A DNA stretch of 64,000 nt. Source: Tubiluchus corallicola. Lineage: Eukaryota > Animalia > Priapulida. The stretch's first letter is position 1. Each line of letters opens with the position of its first letter. Both the position numbers and the translations under genes were made by a program. A model generated the notes under the pieces. That model saw nothing but the letters and a program-made list of their open reading frames with translations. It was not told where the DNA came from and searched no databases. Shown here piece after piece: positions 27,213 through 48,662 of the stretch. The DNA lies in assembly GCA_030141605.1 (NCBI GenBank), contig JAQGDQ010000042.1, positions 372,001 through 436,000 on the forward strand, given 5' to 3'.

Positions 27213-27742
27213 CGCAAAAAGCCAAATAACTTACAATAATTATCCGTAATATTATTAACCATATATAACTTTGACGATAATTGATGCAAGGTGCATAATG
27301 GCCGTGTGGTATGCTTTGCAGCTGAAGTTAAACAGCTAAGGTTGATCAATCAATGGAGTTGTGAGCGCTGCATTCATTACCTACTCTGAGAAATTTTATT
27401 CGCTGTACTCATATTGGCCATACCTTAATGATAGAGTATATATTCACATCCAAACAACGTTGAACTCGTCAATCAAAATAATAGTGACAGGCAGTAATGC
27501 AAGTAGTTTTAAATACAAACTTGCTAAACCAATTAGGCCATGAGGAACTTCCTCCTGTTTAACGTCAAAATCATTTCAATCTGACAATCTTGCTTCTGGG
27601 CTATTACTTAGTAGTTACTACTGCTACACATCATACACACGGAAAAAGTAATTAGATAAACTACTCACCCAATATAAATATTTCCTGGTGCTGTTCGCCG
27701 TTTACCCTTAAATGTACGTAACAGAACTCTAGTTAACCACAT
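25485..27742 (-). CDS. MRPL57: Mitochondrial ribosomal protein mL63 (MRP63), about 119 aa, 3 coding exons
   Basis: Exons 27742-27669, 26998-26884 and 25655-25485 give MWLTRVLLRTFKGKRRTAPGNIYIGKYRKFRPVTEGMQQNMLKQILKEVEVMKYLTSAPHITEEEES...KFPEHKLLEDHLDRFN, matching mL63 motifs (PG..IGK.R..R.V, QNM, KFP.H....D.LD). Confidence 0.88.
25985..26280 (+). mobile_element. tRNA-type SINE (family A, copy 1)
   Basis: B-box-like ggttcaatgcc. Body colinear with 53260-53614 (cctcatgct..ggaacaggtg..ggtttta.acctggta..caatgc..gcaatggctt..aataaatg.cattt). Confidence 0.65.
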
Positions 27743-28239
27743 CCTTATCAGAATCTACACCATTAATGAGTAATAGGCACACTGGTGGACAATTCAAGGT
27801 AAGAACTAATCAACGGCAGGTCCCAGAATTATCCGATAAATGCCATTGTGCCAGGCAAAATGTAAAAACTTTCAGTTTCCGTTAAACGGACGCACAGACA
27901 TTCGCCAAAGGCTTTTTCCAACTGAAGTCTCAAACCGCGAAATTTAATAGCATCTTATTTCAAAAAGCGATATGACCTACGCTCATAAACTTGTAATAAA
28001 TCATCATAGAATAATATAGAATAACTTTTTGGCTAAATAATAATATTAAGCGCATTTCGATAATTTGGGAATCTCACAGAGTTACAGTTGCATTTGATTT
28101 AGTCCGAATTTTTTAACTCACAATCCTCAATTTCAAATTCCCTTTGCAGCGAAATTATCATTGTTAACATTTGTTGTGATTTTAATTTTCGTAGCATTCT
28201 GTGAAAAAACTGAAGACTGGGTTACTTAATACACTCATT

Positions 28240-28465
28240 TTAGTACACTAGTTTTAGTGCAACACACAGAATATCTTACGGTGGCACTATACTTCAATTT
28301 TTGCTTTCGCAAACACATGCAACACGCTGGTGGAGTATATTTGCTGTCGAAAATCAAGTTTACTTAAGTTTTTAATCTATTGTTTCATTATCGGAAACGC
28401 TTTGGTTGTATTAATAGCGTTAAAATGTATACTTTTTATCAGCCTTTAAATGGGGTATTATATAA
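28240..28465 (+). mobile_element. Partial copy of the TTAA-flanked MITE family
   Basis: Similar to 50228-50480 (gctttcgcaaacac.tgc.acacgct, ttttaatctatt.tttcattatc.gaaa, atggggta.tatat). Confidence 0.7.
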
Positions 28466-29663
28466 TGGTGAGCATTCTCTACCGGAAAGCGAATTTGAAT
28501 CGAATCGAATTGGCGACTTTCGAATTCAAATCGAGCGGAATTCAGTATTTCGAATTCGAATCGAATTAGAATTGAGTTTGAAAGACTTTCGAACAAGTTT
28601 TCGAACCAGTAGTAAAAAGTGGTCTTACAAAGTCGCGCATATTACTTGATCTTGTTCTGCAGTAAAACCACTATTGGTTTGCTAAAACTGCAGCTAAATT
28701 GTGCTAACTGCATGCTGTTTCAAAAATTTTTATGATAAAGGACGCATGTGGCTGTCTGGCTGAAGTACTGAATAATTCGTATCTTTCCGTAATGAAATTC
28801 ATTTTAGAAGAAGTTGGTCGTTACCGAAACAGGAATCAAAATCTACAACAATAATTAGTTAGGCGGAAGAACCGATGTTGAAAGTGCGCCGATGCCAGAT
28901 GTGTTGCTCATGGGGCATGGATTCATGGATTATAGGATAAAGACATTAAAGTGGGAAAAATAAAGGTGACCGCCTTTGATAGGTGGAGAGAATCGAGCAT
29001 TGCAATGGCGACGAATGCTAAACATGGATTGCGATTTTTTCAGCATAGTTTGAGTTTTTTAAGGAATACTAATAGCGGTATGCGGAGTTAAATAAATTTT
29101 TGATTCAGATGTTGGGAAATGTCATGTTTACGAGCTCCTGCCTGAATTTGCTAGTGAAAAATGATTTTTACTCCCATCTACTGTTAACCTATTGTACCTA
29201 CCTGATTGCTGCCTTGCTGGCAGCATGCCTCATTCCTTGTAAATGATTATCTGGTCCGCCGTCCTACCATTGAACCCTCCACTACTTCATTTGATATGCA
29301 TGTAGGGTGGCATGTTATTTAAATAATGAAACTTCAACCCAAGGTTATGACTGTATGGGTTAACTAAAACTTACTAAATACGCTTTCAAATAAACCGGTA
29401 TCCAGTCGTCTCTGTGTGAAGTATATGTTGAACATCCATACTACGAGATTTATTTTAGTCTGCTTTCAATTACTTTTTGAGGTTGTCCAAAGGTAGCAGA
29501 CAGTTTTAAGAATCACGATAGCCAAGGTGTTGGAAAAACTTAAATGAATTAAAAAGTTTCGGCAGACTCAGCTCCTGTCCACTTAATATTCTCCAATCAT
29601 CTCGTTCAATGTTTTGTGACGTCTGTGCTTTCTGTGTTGTCGGGTACATTTATTATTGATGTC

Positions 29664-32600
29664 ATGAAGCTGAAATTACTGAAACCAAATCGAAACCGAC
29701 GAATCTTACTGGAGTCTACACAGGTTTTAATCAAATTATGGCAGATTGGTAAGGCAACAGTGATTTTCAGAAAAGAAAGATTGTAGCAGTTAGTTTCAAC
29801 TTGAAATTATTTATTTTTGTATAGCATAAAATCCATATTAATATGAACTATGTACACAAGATTAAAATTTCAAAAATAATATGGTAGTTAATTGATAACT
29901 GGTGCAGACAATACAAGACAGGCATGATATGATATGACTTTTAACAAATAATAGTCTCTCTATCTTTTATGTTTTCTTTATCACATGATTCACTTTATAA
30001 TCTTCGGCTTATTTTCATTACTTTTTTTTACCTTCACAGTGTGGAACAATCTAACAAGCCCTACTTTTTGATTGCCCGCAACACATATACATTTATATAT
30101 AGGCAGACATAGAGCAGGGCTTTTCTTGTACAAAAACAGTAAAAAATAATTTGTATTAATGTCATTGCAGTCCATTTCACTATATTTTGTAAGTAAAATC
30201 ATTGTAAATGTGTTATGCGAAATAAATGACTTATGATCAAATCGGTTGACATTCATTAAAAGACGTGCAGCATTATTTTGTGCCTTTTGCGCACTTAGCA
30301 ATACTATAATTTTGTAAACCACAAAACAAGCTATTTGCGTAGTCACGACTACACCAGAATGGTAGTAAAATCCTTAAGTGTTTTCTAATTTGCCTTTCAA
30401 ACGTTATATAGAGAGTAAATCCCCTTCCTGCACATTTTGTTTACAAATTTACTAAAGTTAACATTTACTAAATGAAACATCAAGGTATTTGGCTTTTGAC
30501 ATCTATAGCTGAAGTTTTACATCCACCAGCTACAGTATTGTCAATCATTAGCTTATCAAGTTGACGTTGTGTACCTAAGAAAATAATCTCTGTTTTGCCA
30601 TTGTTCATTCTAAACCGGCATTTTAACATCCATTGCCTTATATCTTTTAAACAGTGTTGCATAGTTCTAACAGTATTAGATTGCAAATAGCGCTTACTGC
30701 TACTAAATGACAACATTAAGTAATGATCATCTGCAAATTACGTGTTTGAGCAGCATGGTTTACAGTAATTCTGCAAAAGTGAAAACGTCTTCATCATATG
30801 CCCATTATGTCTACTGTAGACATTCGGCAGGAAGAATTCTGAAATGAAAGAAATCTGGTCTCTAGACAGGTAAACACAGCAGCAGTCAAGTAAAAAAAAT
30901 ATGCCAGTGGCTTGTCAACGCCACTTCCGATTCAATAATAAAAATTATGGTTTAGTTCTGATAAATGGTGATATTTGCTTAGTTCAAGTTGGACAGATTT
31001 ATCAAAAAAGACAAGGATTTCAGTAATTTTGCCAAGCATATGTAATTGGTTTTGTAACAAAACACTAACGAATCACTAAACAGAACTTTTTTTTAAAAAG
31101 CTGGTGAATTGTGTCAGATCTAAAGTAACAAAGAACTTCAGCAAATCTAATTTAATCAAATTTCTGATTCTTCTTCAGTTACGAAGGTCCGGCTCTGGCT
31201 GCGCCAACGTGACTGCCCTGATATCTATATTAAATGTCAAGTAGTATCAAATGTTAAATAATTAAATTGATGATGGTTTCCGATATGTGCATCTTGTTCA
31301 AAGGAAACCTGAAGCAGGAGTGTGATGAAGAATTCTTTGTAATTTGTAGTAGCATTATTAATACAATACAATAACTAGAAAAGTTGTGCTAGTTACTGCA
31401 TCATATTATAAATAGAAAAATTTTATAATGTATTTTAGGATGTCATAGGTCTTTTCATCGGTGGCACCGGCCAACTTTTATTGCGTTGTACAAAAGAAGA
31501 AAGGCAGCTGGTCCTGAGCCAGTAAAACCACGATCATCTCAGCTTAACTGGTAATATCTTATATGGGCAATACATAAGCAAATCCGTCATATTTCAATTA
31601 TAAATATGTACTATTATCCAGTTGATAATGGAAAAAAGTAGACCTGTATTCTATGCTTTTTTACTAATTGCAAGTGTTGCCGATGATTATTGTAGGTGCA
31701 TATGAAAATATTCATTTTAAAATGCCCAACTACTACTGCTTTAATGCTTTTGTGCAAAATGCAGCAATCTTTCAATATTTAATTTTGCAGTACCTTTTTT
31801 GGAAGTGTATTGACTATAAATCAGTTGTTTGTGTATACCTCTTGTTCAGCAGGAATAATAAATGTTGTTTCTCTGCAAGACTGTCATTTATCATTGAAAT
31901 CCAGCTAATAAATTTTTTGGCTTTTCATTAGTGCTATATATAGTAAAACATTGATATTTTTTAATCAAAATACTATAACTATATTTACAACGTTTTGCAC
32001 AGGAATTATGCTGGAGAGTTATATGCATTTGGCAAACGTTTGGGAGAGGACATTCACGAGAGCACATTGCGACAGTCATTCACACACAAGTAAGAAACGT
32101 GTTCATCAATTTCAAAGTCACCTGCAAATTCAAAATAAGAGTGCTTTTTATTTAAGAAGAATTTGCAAAAATATCAAAGTTTACAACATGTTGTTCACTT
32201 CTTTTTGGTCATAAAAGAATTGTTGATAGTATGAAAGAAAGTGGTGAGGGAGCGGTTAGTAATTGCAGTGTTGTTAAAATATAAATTGTGATGAAAATCA
32301 CCTTGTTTTTATTTATGTATTTCCATGCAGTTCAAAACTAAGTTGGATATGGTTTTGTCGTTTCTAACAAAAAGTGCAAAGTTTGTCTCAGTTTTAGGTT
32401 TTAACTTTCTTGTCCTTGTTTCAAATGTTGCATTTTAACACTTAAACATAACTGCAAACTTATTTCAATATCAAGTTATATAGAAAGTGTGATGACCAAG
32501 TGCCACATCACTTAGATACAATCCAGTGGTTCTGGGTTCAAATCCCACTTGTGGTGGGATTTTTTAAGTCATGTTCTATTCGAATAGGACTTTCTGGCTG

Positions 32601-35600
32601 CCTTTCTAGACTTATCTAGGTATACTTAACTTTAAATGAGCACCCGAGGAAAGAAATCTGACCGAGCGATGGGTTAACATCTGTCCTTATGTGCTGAGAT
32701 TATGAATATACATGCTGTAGTCTTCTGCCCTTAAACCAATAGACGTGGGCTATTCTTTTTCTTGTTATAGTAGTGTATGTTAAATATAACTGTGTACATG
32801 GTTAATGTCTGATAGGTCATATGTAGACAAGGCAGCTGAGGAAAGGAAAGAGCTTGGTGTACGACAAGAGGACATCAGCTTAACTTTACCAACAAATGAA
32901 ATGCTTGCAGAACAAGGTGAGTTTATTGATGTAATTAATTTTGACTCTATTTTAATATGTGATAATCATATATCATCTCTATGATAATCATAGAGCTGCT
33001 TTTGCTGATGATTCTAATGCTTAGTATATATGCATTTCAGGCTCAGAGATTGTCTCAGTCTATGTAAAAGCATTCCTTCGATATACATATCCAAATTTCC
33101 CGGAAGAAGGAATCAGGTATTTGAATATAATGTTCGTATATTATAGCTACGCGTTTTAGTGTAGACATATGTAGGAAGTTATCATTTTTGCTTATGTAGC
33201 GAGTTCAGAATACTAATCAGTCTAGCCTGAAAAGTACTTCTTTGGTTCTATATTTTACAGCGCAGTACATGATTACCTTACAACAGATAATATGCTGGAA
33301 TACATCGGTAACAACTTGGGAATGTACGACTTGATACTTTCAGCGGTAAGATCATCAATGTCTTATTTTCTGGTAACCTTAGCCGTCTAGCTGGATCATT
33401 TAAAGATGGCATATAGTTTTGCAAGTTTGATACCTTTTAAGACTTTTTATTTAATGAGATGAATGTAAAGTTCAATCAAACTATCTTGGATGCATTAAAT
33501 TTTCAGCAAAACTTGTTTTTGTATCTTTATTACCGTATATACGTGTGTACAAATCGATGTGCATTTTAAGACCAAAAATTGCATCATTTTATATATCACC
33601 TGTGTAGAAGTCGACCATAAAATATTTAGATCTTCCAGAGTAAATGATGTCAATAATGGCCGAATAATAAATCAATAGCCTACTGTGTTAGTGTGTAAGA
33701 TACGTGCAAGTGCCTGGGTCGAGTATATTATACCTACCCGATGTATTCATGTTGAGGGCCCTCAGTGCAATCCATGATAATGCAGCATGAAGTAATGTCA
33801 AGATGTGAAAATTCTCGGATGTGAAGTATCACAGTATGAGTGTTCATTCAGTCCAGCATATAATAAAGGATTATTTCTTTACATATTCGTATGTAGACGA
33901 TTCTTTAGCGACATCTCCCAAAAACATATCGTGAGTATAAGTCGACCCCAAAAACTTCACCTTAAAATCGCCTCCCAGAAATTCGACTTGTACATAAGTA
34001 TATACGGTATACTTAAAATGGAAATAACAGCCAGCGCCCATTTAAACAGTGACAAAGACTATACTTCGTTTTTAAGGTGGTCTGTGGTCACAGCAGTGGT
34101 ATCTTATTGTAAAAATTGTTGCAGCAGCCTTAAATAATGGTTCTGGATCTGTCTTGAGCTAGTGTCATATTATTTTGTTTTAAATAAAGTTTGTAATCTA
34201 AACAGAAGTTGTCAGATTGTAAAGATGTATACATTTGAGCATAACAAGAATTTCAGGTTTTTCTCGTAGTAATGGGTAGTTATAAATACACTATTTATTT
34301 TGTATATTTGAATGTTGAATTGTTGCAACTCCTGTTGTAAGCACTGCTTGTAGGTGGGCTCTGTGAGGAATTGCCAAGAACTTAACAAGAAATGAATCTG
34401 TCTACTTAAATGCTGAAAATCAACAAATTAACATCACATTCTCTTTCATTTGAAGGAAACGTAAATGAACTATTCCTACACAGTAAGCGTGTTGAAATGC
34501 TCGTGCTTGAAATGGAATGTTTTTTTTTAGTTTGGCTGGACCTGACCCAGTTGTTTTTTATTATGTTATTATTATTATGTATTTTATTCGCATCTAAAAT
34601 CGATACAGTATAGTATATATACATACACACACACACATATATATATATATACAAAGGTAAGAGTTAGGAATATTACGTATGCTACACGTAATAGTTTCTT
34701 TCAAGGTCGTGAAAAAATTTCTTGGCAGTACGTTTTACATTGTGATTAAAGTACAGAGTGCAACCATATTTCAATCTTGAGTTAAAATCACTGTCATTAA
34801 TAAGATACGACAATTTTGGTATAAGTATCTGACTGGAATTTTGTATTTTTCTTAAAAAGTTAAAATTGTTATCTTGTTTCAGTCGAAATGGCATTTTATC
34901 ACATTCGTGTAGGAAAAATAAGTGTCAATCAAAATTAAATTTTTCCATAAGTTGTCTTTTGGAAATTTGCCATAACAAAAACTGGTTTCTGTTTTAATTT
35001 CAGTTAACTGAAAGAAGGATCCAAATCACAAGCCAAAAATAAAATTTTAAATGCCATCATAAAGAATCATAAAGCACAGATTTTTATTTTACTTGGCATA
35101 TTTGAGATTACTTACACATGTGAGTAAACAAACTTCTTTTATTCATGATCTAGGATTTTCCTCCAAGTGCCAGTACTGTAGCAATGACATTCAAAGCAGT
35201 TGTAGGAGCCTTGTCACATGACCAGGTACATTGATTTGTTTGTACAAAATTTGATTTGGAATCACCGAGAAAGCAATTAGGTGCTGCATTTCTTGGCAAG
35301 GTTGAATACATGCTTGTTTTCTAGGGTTTGGAACGGGCGCATTTGTTTGTACAAGATTTTGTTTTAACACAACTGGTCAACCAAGATATAAATGAATTAT
35401 GGACAATGGTTAATCCCATGGGAGTGCTTGCTGCCATATTGGAGAAGCACAATTTTCACCCACCTGAACCCAGGTAATGTTTCTTCCTGTGTTGCGGTGC
35501 GTTCAGACTAGAGTTTTCTCTCGTAAGTTCTCTCTAAGAGTAAACTCTCAAGTGTGAATGTTTTTCAGAGTTCTCTCGGCAAGTTAATTACAAACTGTCC

Positions 35601-38370
35601 TAGAGTTGCTGAGAGTTCTCTTGCAGACAAGCTCTATTCATCGCGAGAACTCTCGAGAGAAAACTCTCTAGTCTGAATGTGCCGTTATACATGATTGATG
35701 GGCAATTATGAAAACACTGCTGGCAATTTTGTTTGACTAATTGGATGTGCATTCAACATGCGATATTTACATGTTTGAAAAATCATATAATCGAACCTTC
35801 AGAAGAAACAGTTTATTACAGTGTTTTGTACATAATAAAAGCAAATAACTGTGGTTTGTTTACAGAATCCTAAGGAGCACTGGTTCATCAACTGTAGTAG
35901 CTTGCTATGAAGTTGGCATTTACTGTAACAAAAGATTGTTAGGACATGGTAAGTGACATTTGATATAAAGAACCCTATATACATGGCATTACATGTTCAT
36001 TAGCTCATTAGTGTGTAAGTCGCATTCAACTTTGATATTGTAACACGGCTAGGGGTTCACAACAGAAAGATGTGCAGATGATGGTAAGTTGCACTAGTGG
36101 TTTGGGTTTGTTTGATTGTTAAGCCTGAAGCACTTTGAGACAAACATTTTCAACCCTGATGTCCGCAGGATATAAGCAGGAAGACAATCAAGACTCTTGA
36201 ACACTGTGCAGGAATTACTTCCCATAGCTAAATTAGAGAAATTTGCAGTGACTGCAGCGAGGATTAAGAACACAGTTATTAAAGTGATTATTGCAGATAA
36301 TTTGACATGACTTCCTAATCTGTGGCAGTGACTAGTTAAACCACTTGCTTAGGACAACACTCTCTGATTAATTATGATTGTTTTGTTATTATTAACAGCT
36401 CTTGGAAATAAGAGCACGCAATCGGCTATTCTTGGAATATCAGAGCTTGTTAGCAGACCTTGTTGGCAACGAACACGTCTTGCCTCGGGATTTTCCCTCC
36501 TTTTATCGCTCTCAGAACAGATCACAGGATCTCCCATTCACTGCATTGTTCGTCCGACATTTAGGCTTCGACCCACTGCATCACTTTTCCAATGTTTGGA
36601 TTTGTCGTGTCCCTGAAGTCACAAGTGCTATAATTTTGTTATCTCATCAGTGTCTCAACGGCAGCTTCCACGTGCTGTACAGATTGTTCAATTTCAAATT
36701 TTGATTTTATGTTAGAGATCTTCTGTCAGTATCCTACTATGCCACAATATATTAACATTGAGCTTTCCATTAAATTGATTATGACGTAAATTGTAATACA
36801 GTAGGCGCTGATTATTAGATTCGCAATTAATAGACTGAGTCGCTTAATTGACTCAAATAAGTCTGATACGGGCCGCTTCTATTCAAATTTATACAAAAAT
36901 TGTCGACAATTGACTTCACGTGCTTCAATAAGACACTTTCTTGTGGCCAGTAAACTTTTATGACTTTTACGTCATCTTAGTTAGCTTTTGTGCATACACG
37001 TAGAAACAATCACATTAAGTACTGGTTTGTTTGTAAGCAGGAATGTGCATCATATGCTAATATGCTAGCCTGATGGTTTGATTTAACCCGCCCATCCACT
37101 GCAGTTAACCTCGTTACTCAAGAATTCTTGGAAGCCAGACATTTAATCACTTGCTTAGCGGTTGGCTGTCTTTCCCAGAAAGTTTAATCAGTTAGCTGTT
37201 GCTGTTATGCAAGGAACCCAGGTACAGTACAATAAGTACGTCACGATAGCAAGCAAGAGCTTAGACGAAACTACAGACGAAGCCACGTGCAGGGAAACAC
37301 AGGAGGCACCATCAACAGTTCAAGCACGCCAAGCACTAAGTATTTTGCGAGAATTCTGTGCATGATGAAACAACAGATTTTCAATGTTCTTATCATTATG
37401 AGAACCTTGTAAACCAACTTGTTGCAAAAAATGAAGCAGCTGAGCTTTGGACTTATTTTTGAATTTTTTTTAAATAAACAGACTTGTGAGATCTAGAAAA
37501 GGAAACTTTTATTTTTTTATTAACTCACTTTATAAATTAATATTTTTAATGACAACATAGCAATTTAGGCATTACTTCATTTCTAAAGTTCATTAAAAAC
37601 TTTTGCAGTGTATACTAAGCTGATAATTCAAACTTCTATATTTGTAACACTACATCTGTCAATTCATAGATTCTCTCAGTTAATTAGGTCAAAACACTTC
37701 CATCCCAAAGTGAGTCTTTTAACCGGCACCTACTGTGTTACAGTCAAACCTCATTATAATGCCCCCATTAATGCCACCCTCACTTAATGCCCAAGTTTTT
37801 AGCAAAACAAAATGTCTATATTTGCATTAACATGCATGTATTAATGCATCTCGTTATGATCCCAAACTTGCTATAACGCCAACTTTTTTGCAGTTACATA
37901 GTAGGCAGTATAAAGAGGTTTAACTGTAATATCTACAGACAGTATTAGTTCACTTCAAAACAAGACTGAAACAAGTGCAGAGACAATTTAATGAACGTGC
38001 ACATTTATTTTCTTTGTAGTGATAATCAATGCACAAAAGCCATTTATTCAACATTAATATTCATCTTTCATTTGGTAGATCTTTGTGACACATTCGTCAC
38101 CATTTTGCATGCACTATTTAATCTGGGTAATAATCATTGATACATATCATTGTAGGTTATGGAGAAACTGCAATTATAGCTGAAGAAATGGCAGTGCGGG
38201 AAGTATTAAAGCGAATTTTTGGCACGGATGTTAGGAATGCTCCACCAAAGTTTGGCCAAAAGGGAAGAAATCTTCAGCTAAGTTTGCATAGTAAAAACTT
38301 AACAATTGACGAAATGTGTGGCAAAGCTATAGAATCTAAGTTCACTGCACAGCAGTGGGTAACATCTTAG
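29664..38370 (+). CDS. MRPL44: Mitochondrial ribosomal protein mL44 (RNase III-like plus dsRBD fold), about 354 aa, 10 coding exons
   Basis: Exons 29664-29748, 31439-31550, 32003-32089, 32816-32916, 33041-33116, 33261-33345, 35154-35225, 35325-35473, 35866-35948, 38156-38370; phase-consistent (1065 nt). Motifs NWNYAGELYAFGKRL, NEMLAEQG, YPNFPEEGI, TFKAVVGAL, FVQDFVLTQL, NPMGVL, VGIYCNK, GETAIIAEEMAVR. The basic N-terminus is targeting-peptide-like; the first exon is inferred. Confidence 0.93.
30220..30740 (-). mobile_element. L2/CR1 LINE RT C-terminal fragments in MRPL44 intron 1
   Basis: FADD-like motif near 30730, CLKDIRQWM...MNNGKTEIIFLG and AQNNAARLL are typical L2-clade ORF2 segments. 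Confidence 0.75.
32520..32760 (+). mobile_element. Degenerate tRNA-derived SINE (family B)
   Basis: B-box GGTTCAAATCCC near 32535 followed by a SINE-like body containing aaatgagcacc. Confidence 0.45.
33533..34007. mobile_element. Tc1/mariner-pogo-type MITE
   Basis: 25-bp TIRs CCGTATATACGTGTGTACAAATCGA and CCGTATATACTTATGTACAAGTCGA (reverse complement of right end), with TA on both sides. Confidence 0.85.
35495..35684. mobile_element. Palindromic MITE, PIF/Harbinger-like
   Basis: cggtgcgttcagactagagttttctctcg ... cgagagaaaactctctagtctgaatgtgccg inverted termini; TTG/TTA 3-bp flanks. Confidence 0.7.
36799..37735 (+). mobile_element. Pogo/Tigger-like deletion derivative
   Basis: TA-CAGTAGGCGCTG left end and CAGTAGGTGCCG (reverse complement) right end. 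Internal remnant EAPSTVQARQALSILREF resembles a Tigger transposase C-terminus. Confidence 0.6.
37741..37926. mobile_element. Pogo/Tigger-type MITE (family C, copy 1)
   Basis: CAGTCAAACCTC...GAGGTTTAACTG TIRs with TA duplication; homologous to 42410-42598. Confidence 0.85.
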
Positions 38371-38984
38371 CCTTTCTAGTTGGCAACTTGGTGAAAGTGC
38401 TGCAAAATTCGAGTAAATGTGCCTGTGTGATATCGCGTGTCCATGCAAACATACTGTGAGTGAAGTAGTATGTTGAACGACAACTAGTCACATCAGTTCT
38501 TAGCTCACACTTGGCTTTCAAGAGAACAATCAACACGTTTGTGAGATTTTTGGGAAGAATAACATGATTACAGAGTGACTGAATTCAGTGCAAATACTTG
38601 CTTGCCTACAATCAGTGCTTCATACAATGTGTCACTGTTGATAAGTGTCACATTGGGAAAAATACAGCAAGCTCCAATGGCACTTTTTTGTAATACGCAA
38701 AGATGCAGCAGGTTTTCTGTATTGTAGAAATTAATAGAAAAGCACTTGATTGCTTATGATTACAGTATCTCTAGTTGTCATTATTGTGTGTAGAATACTG
38801 TCACAGTCATAATAAGTTACATGTCAAAATAGATTATAAATAGATATGTATTTCTAAAAAATTTAGAGTTTATCACTTAATTTATCACTAACAGAGACTA
38901 ACTAATTAAAGAGAATGTGTAAAGGTGCATTCCAGTGATTGGTAGCTATGTTACCATACTTTTTATTTTCAATCAAAATAGCGA

Positions 38985-47741
<8,757 letters not shown>

Positions 47742-48662
47742 GTTTAATGATGCAGTGTTTTCTCTTGAGGATTGTAGCTTCACACAAAACTACTTGCGAT
47801 TTCACCTTCCCACTTTATTATTGTGTATAACTAATGTGGTATCATTGTTGAACTGCAATATTACATTTAAAAACACTATTACAAATAGTAAAATAATATC
47901 AGCTGTACGTGACTAACATTTCTAAATATGCATCACTCAGAACAGAAATTGTCAACTAAACAGCACTTCAAATAAAATGTACGATATAAGAAAATAGAGA
48001 CGATATATTTATTGTCAATAAAGAGTTTACAAGAAATGTGATGTCTACATTATACCATAACTTTATTAACGTTGCATTTATTCCTACCACAATTTATAAT
48101 TTGTAATTTGGAGGTCACTCTTTAAACACCCTTTAAATTTTGGCAAATATTTTTCACTAATGATCACAGTCATTAACATAATTATAGTGTCTATCTCCAA
48201 TGTCGCACCATAATTCAAGCATGAATATATTAAAAAACGTGTACAAATTTACATATATAAAGAGTGACAAATTATTACTTTTTAATTAAGTCAACCAAAT
48301 AAAAATATGAGGTACAAATTATAAACACATAATGTACACAGTTTTTACTCACACAGTTATGCTTACAATGACAAAATAATTTCATATTTGCATAGCATTT
48401 GACTGTTGATGTATGACAAAATACAAAGTGCGCACATTATTTCATAAGAAAATGACAGAAGACAAACAGTGAATTATTGATTTACTGAGATTACAAGCAA
48501 TAACAGTAGACAGAACCTCAGCAGTGTCAAGTAAAAATTGAAACATTACTCTAGGAGAAGGGCACACTGAGCATGCGACTACTGAACTAATGATGCTGAG
48601 ATTTAAACAATTCAGTAAAAAACACAATTGTTTTCAGTTATTATATCATAAACTAAATGTTA

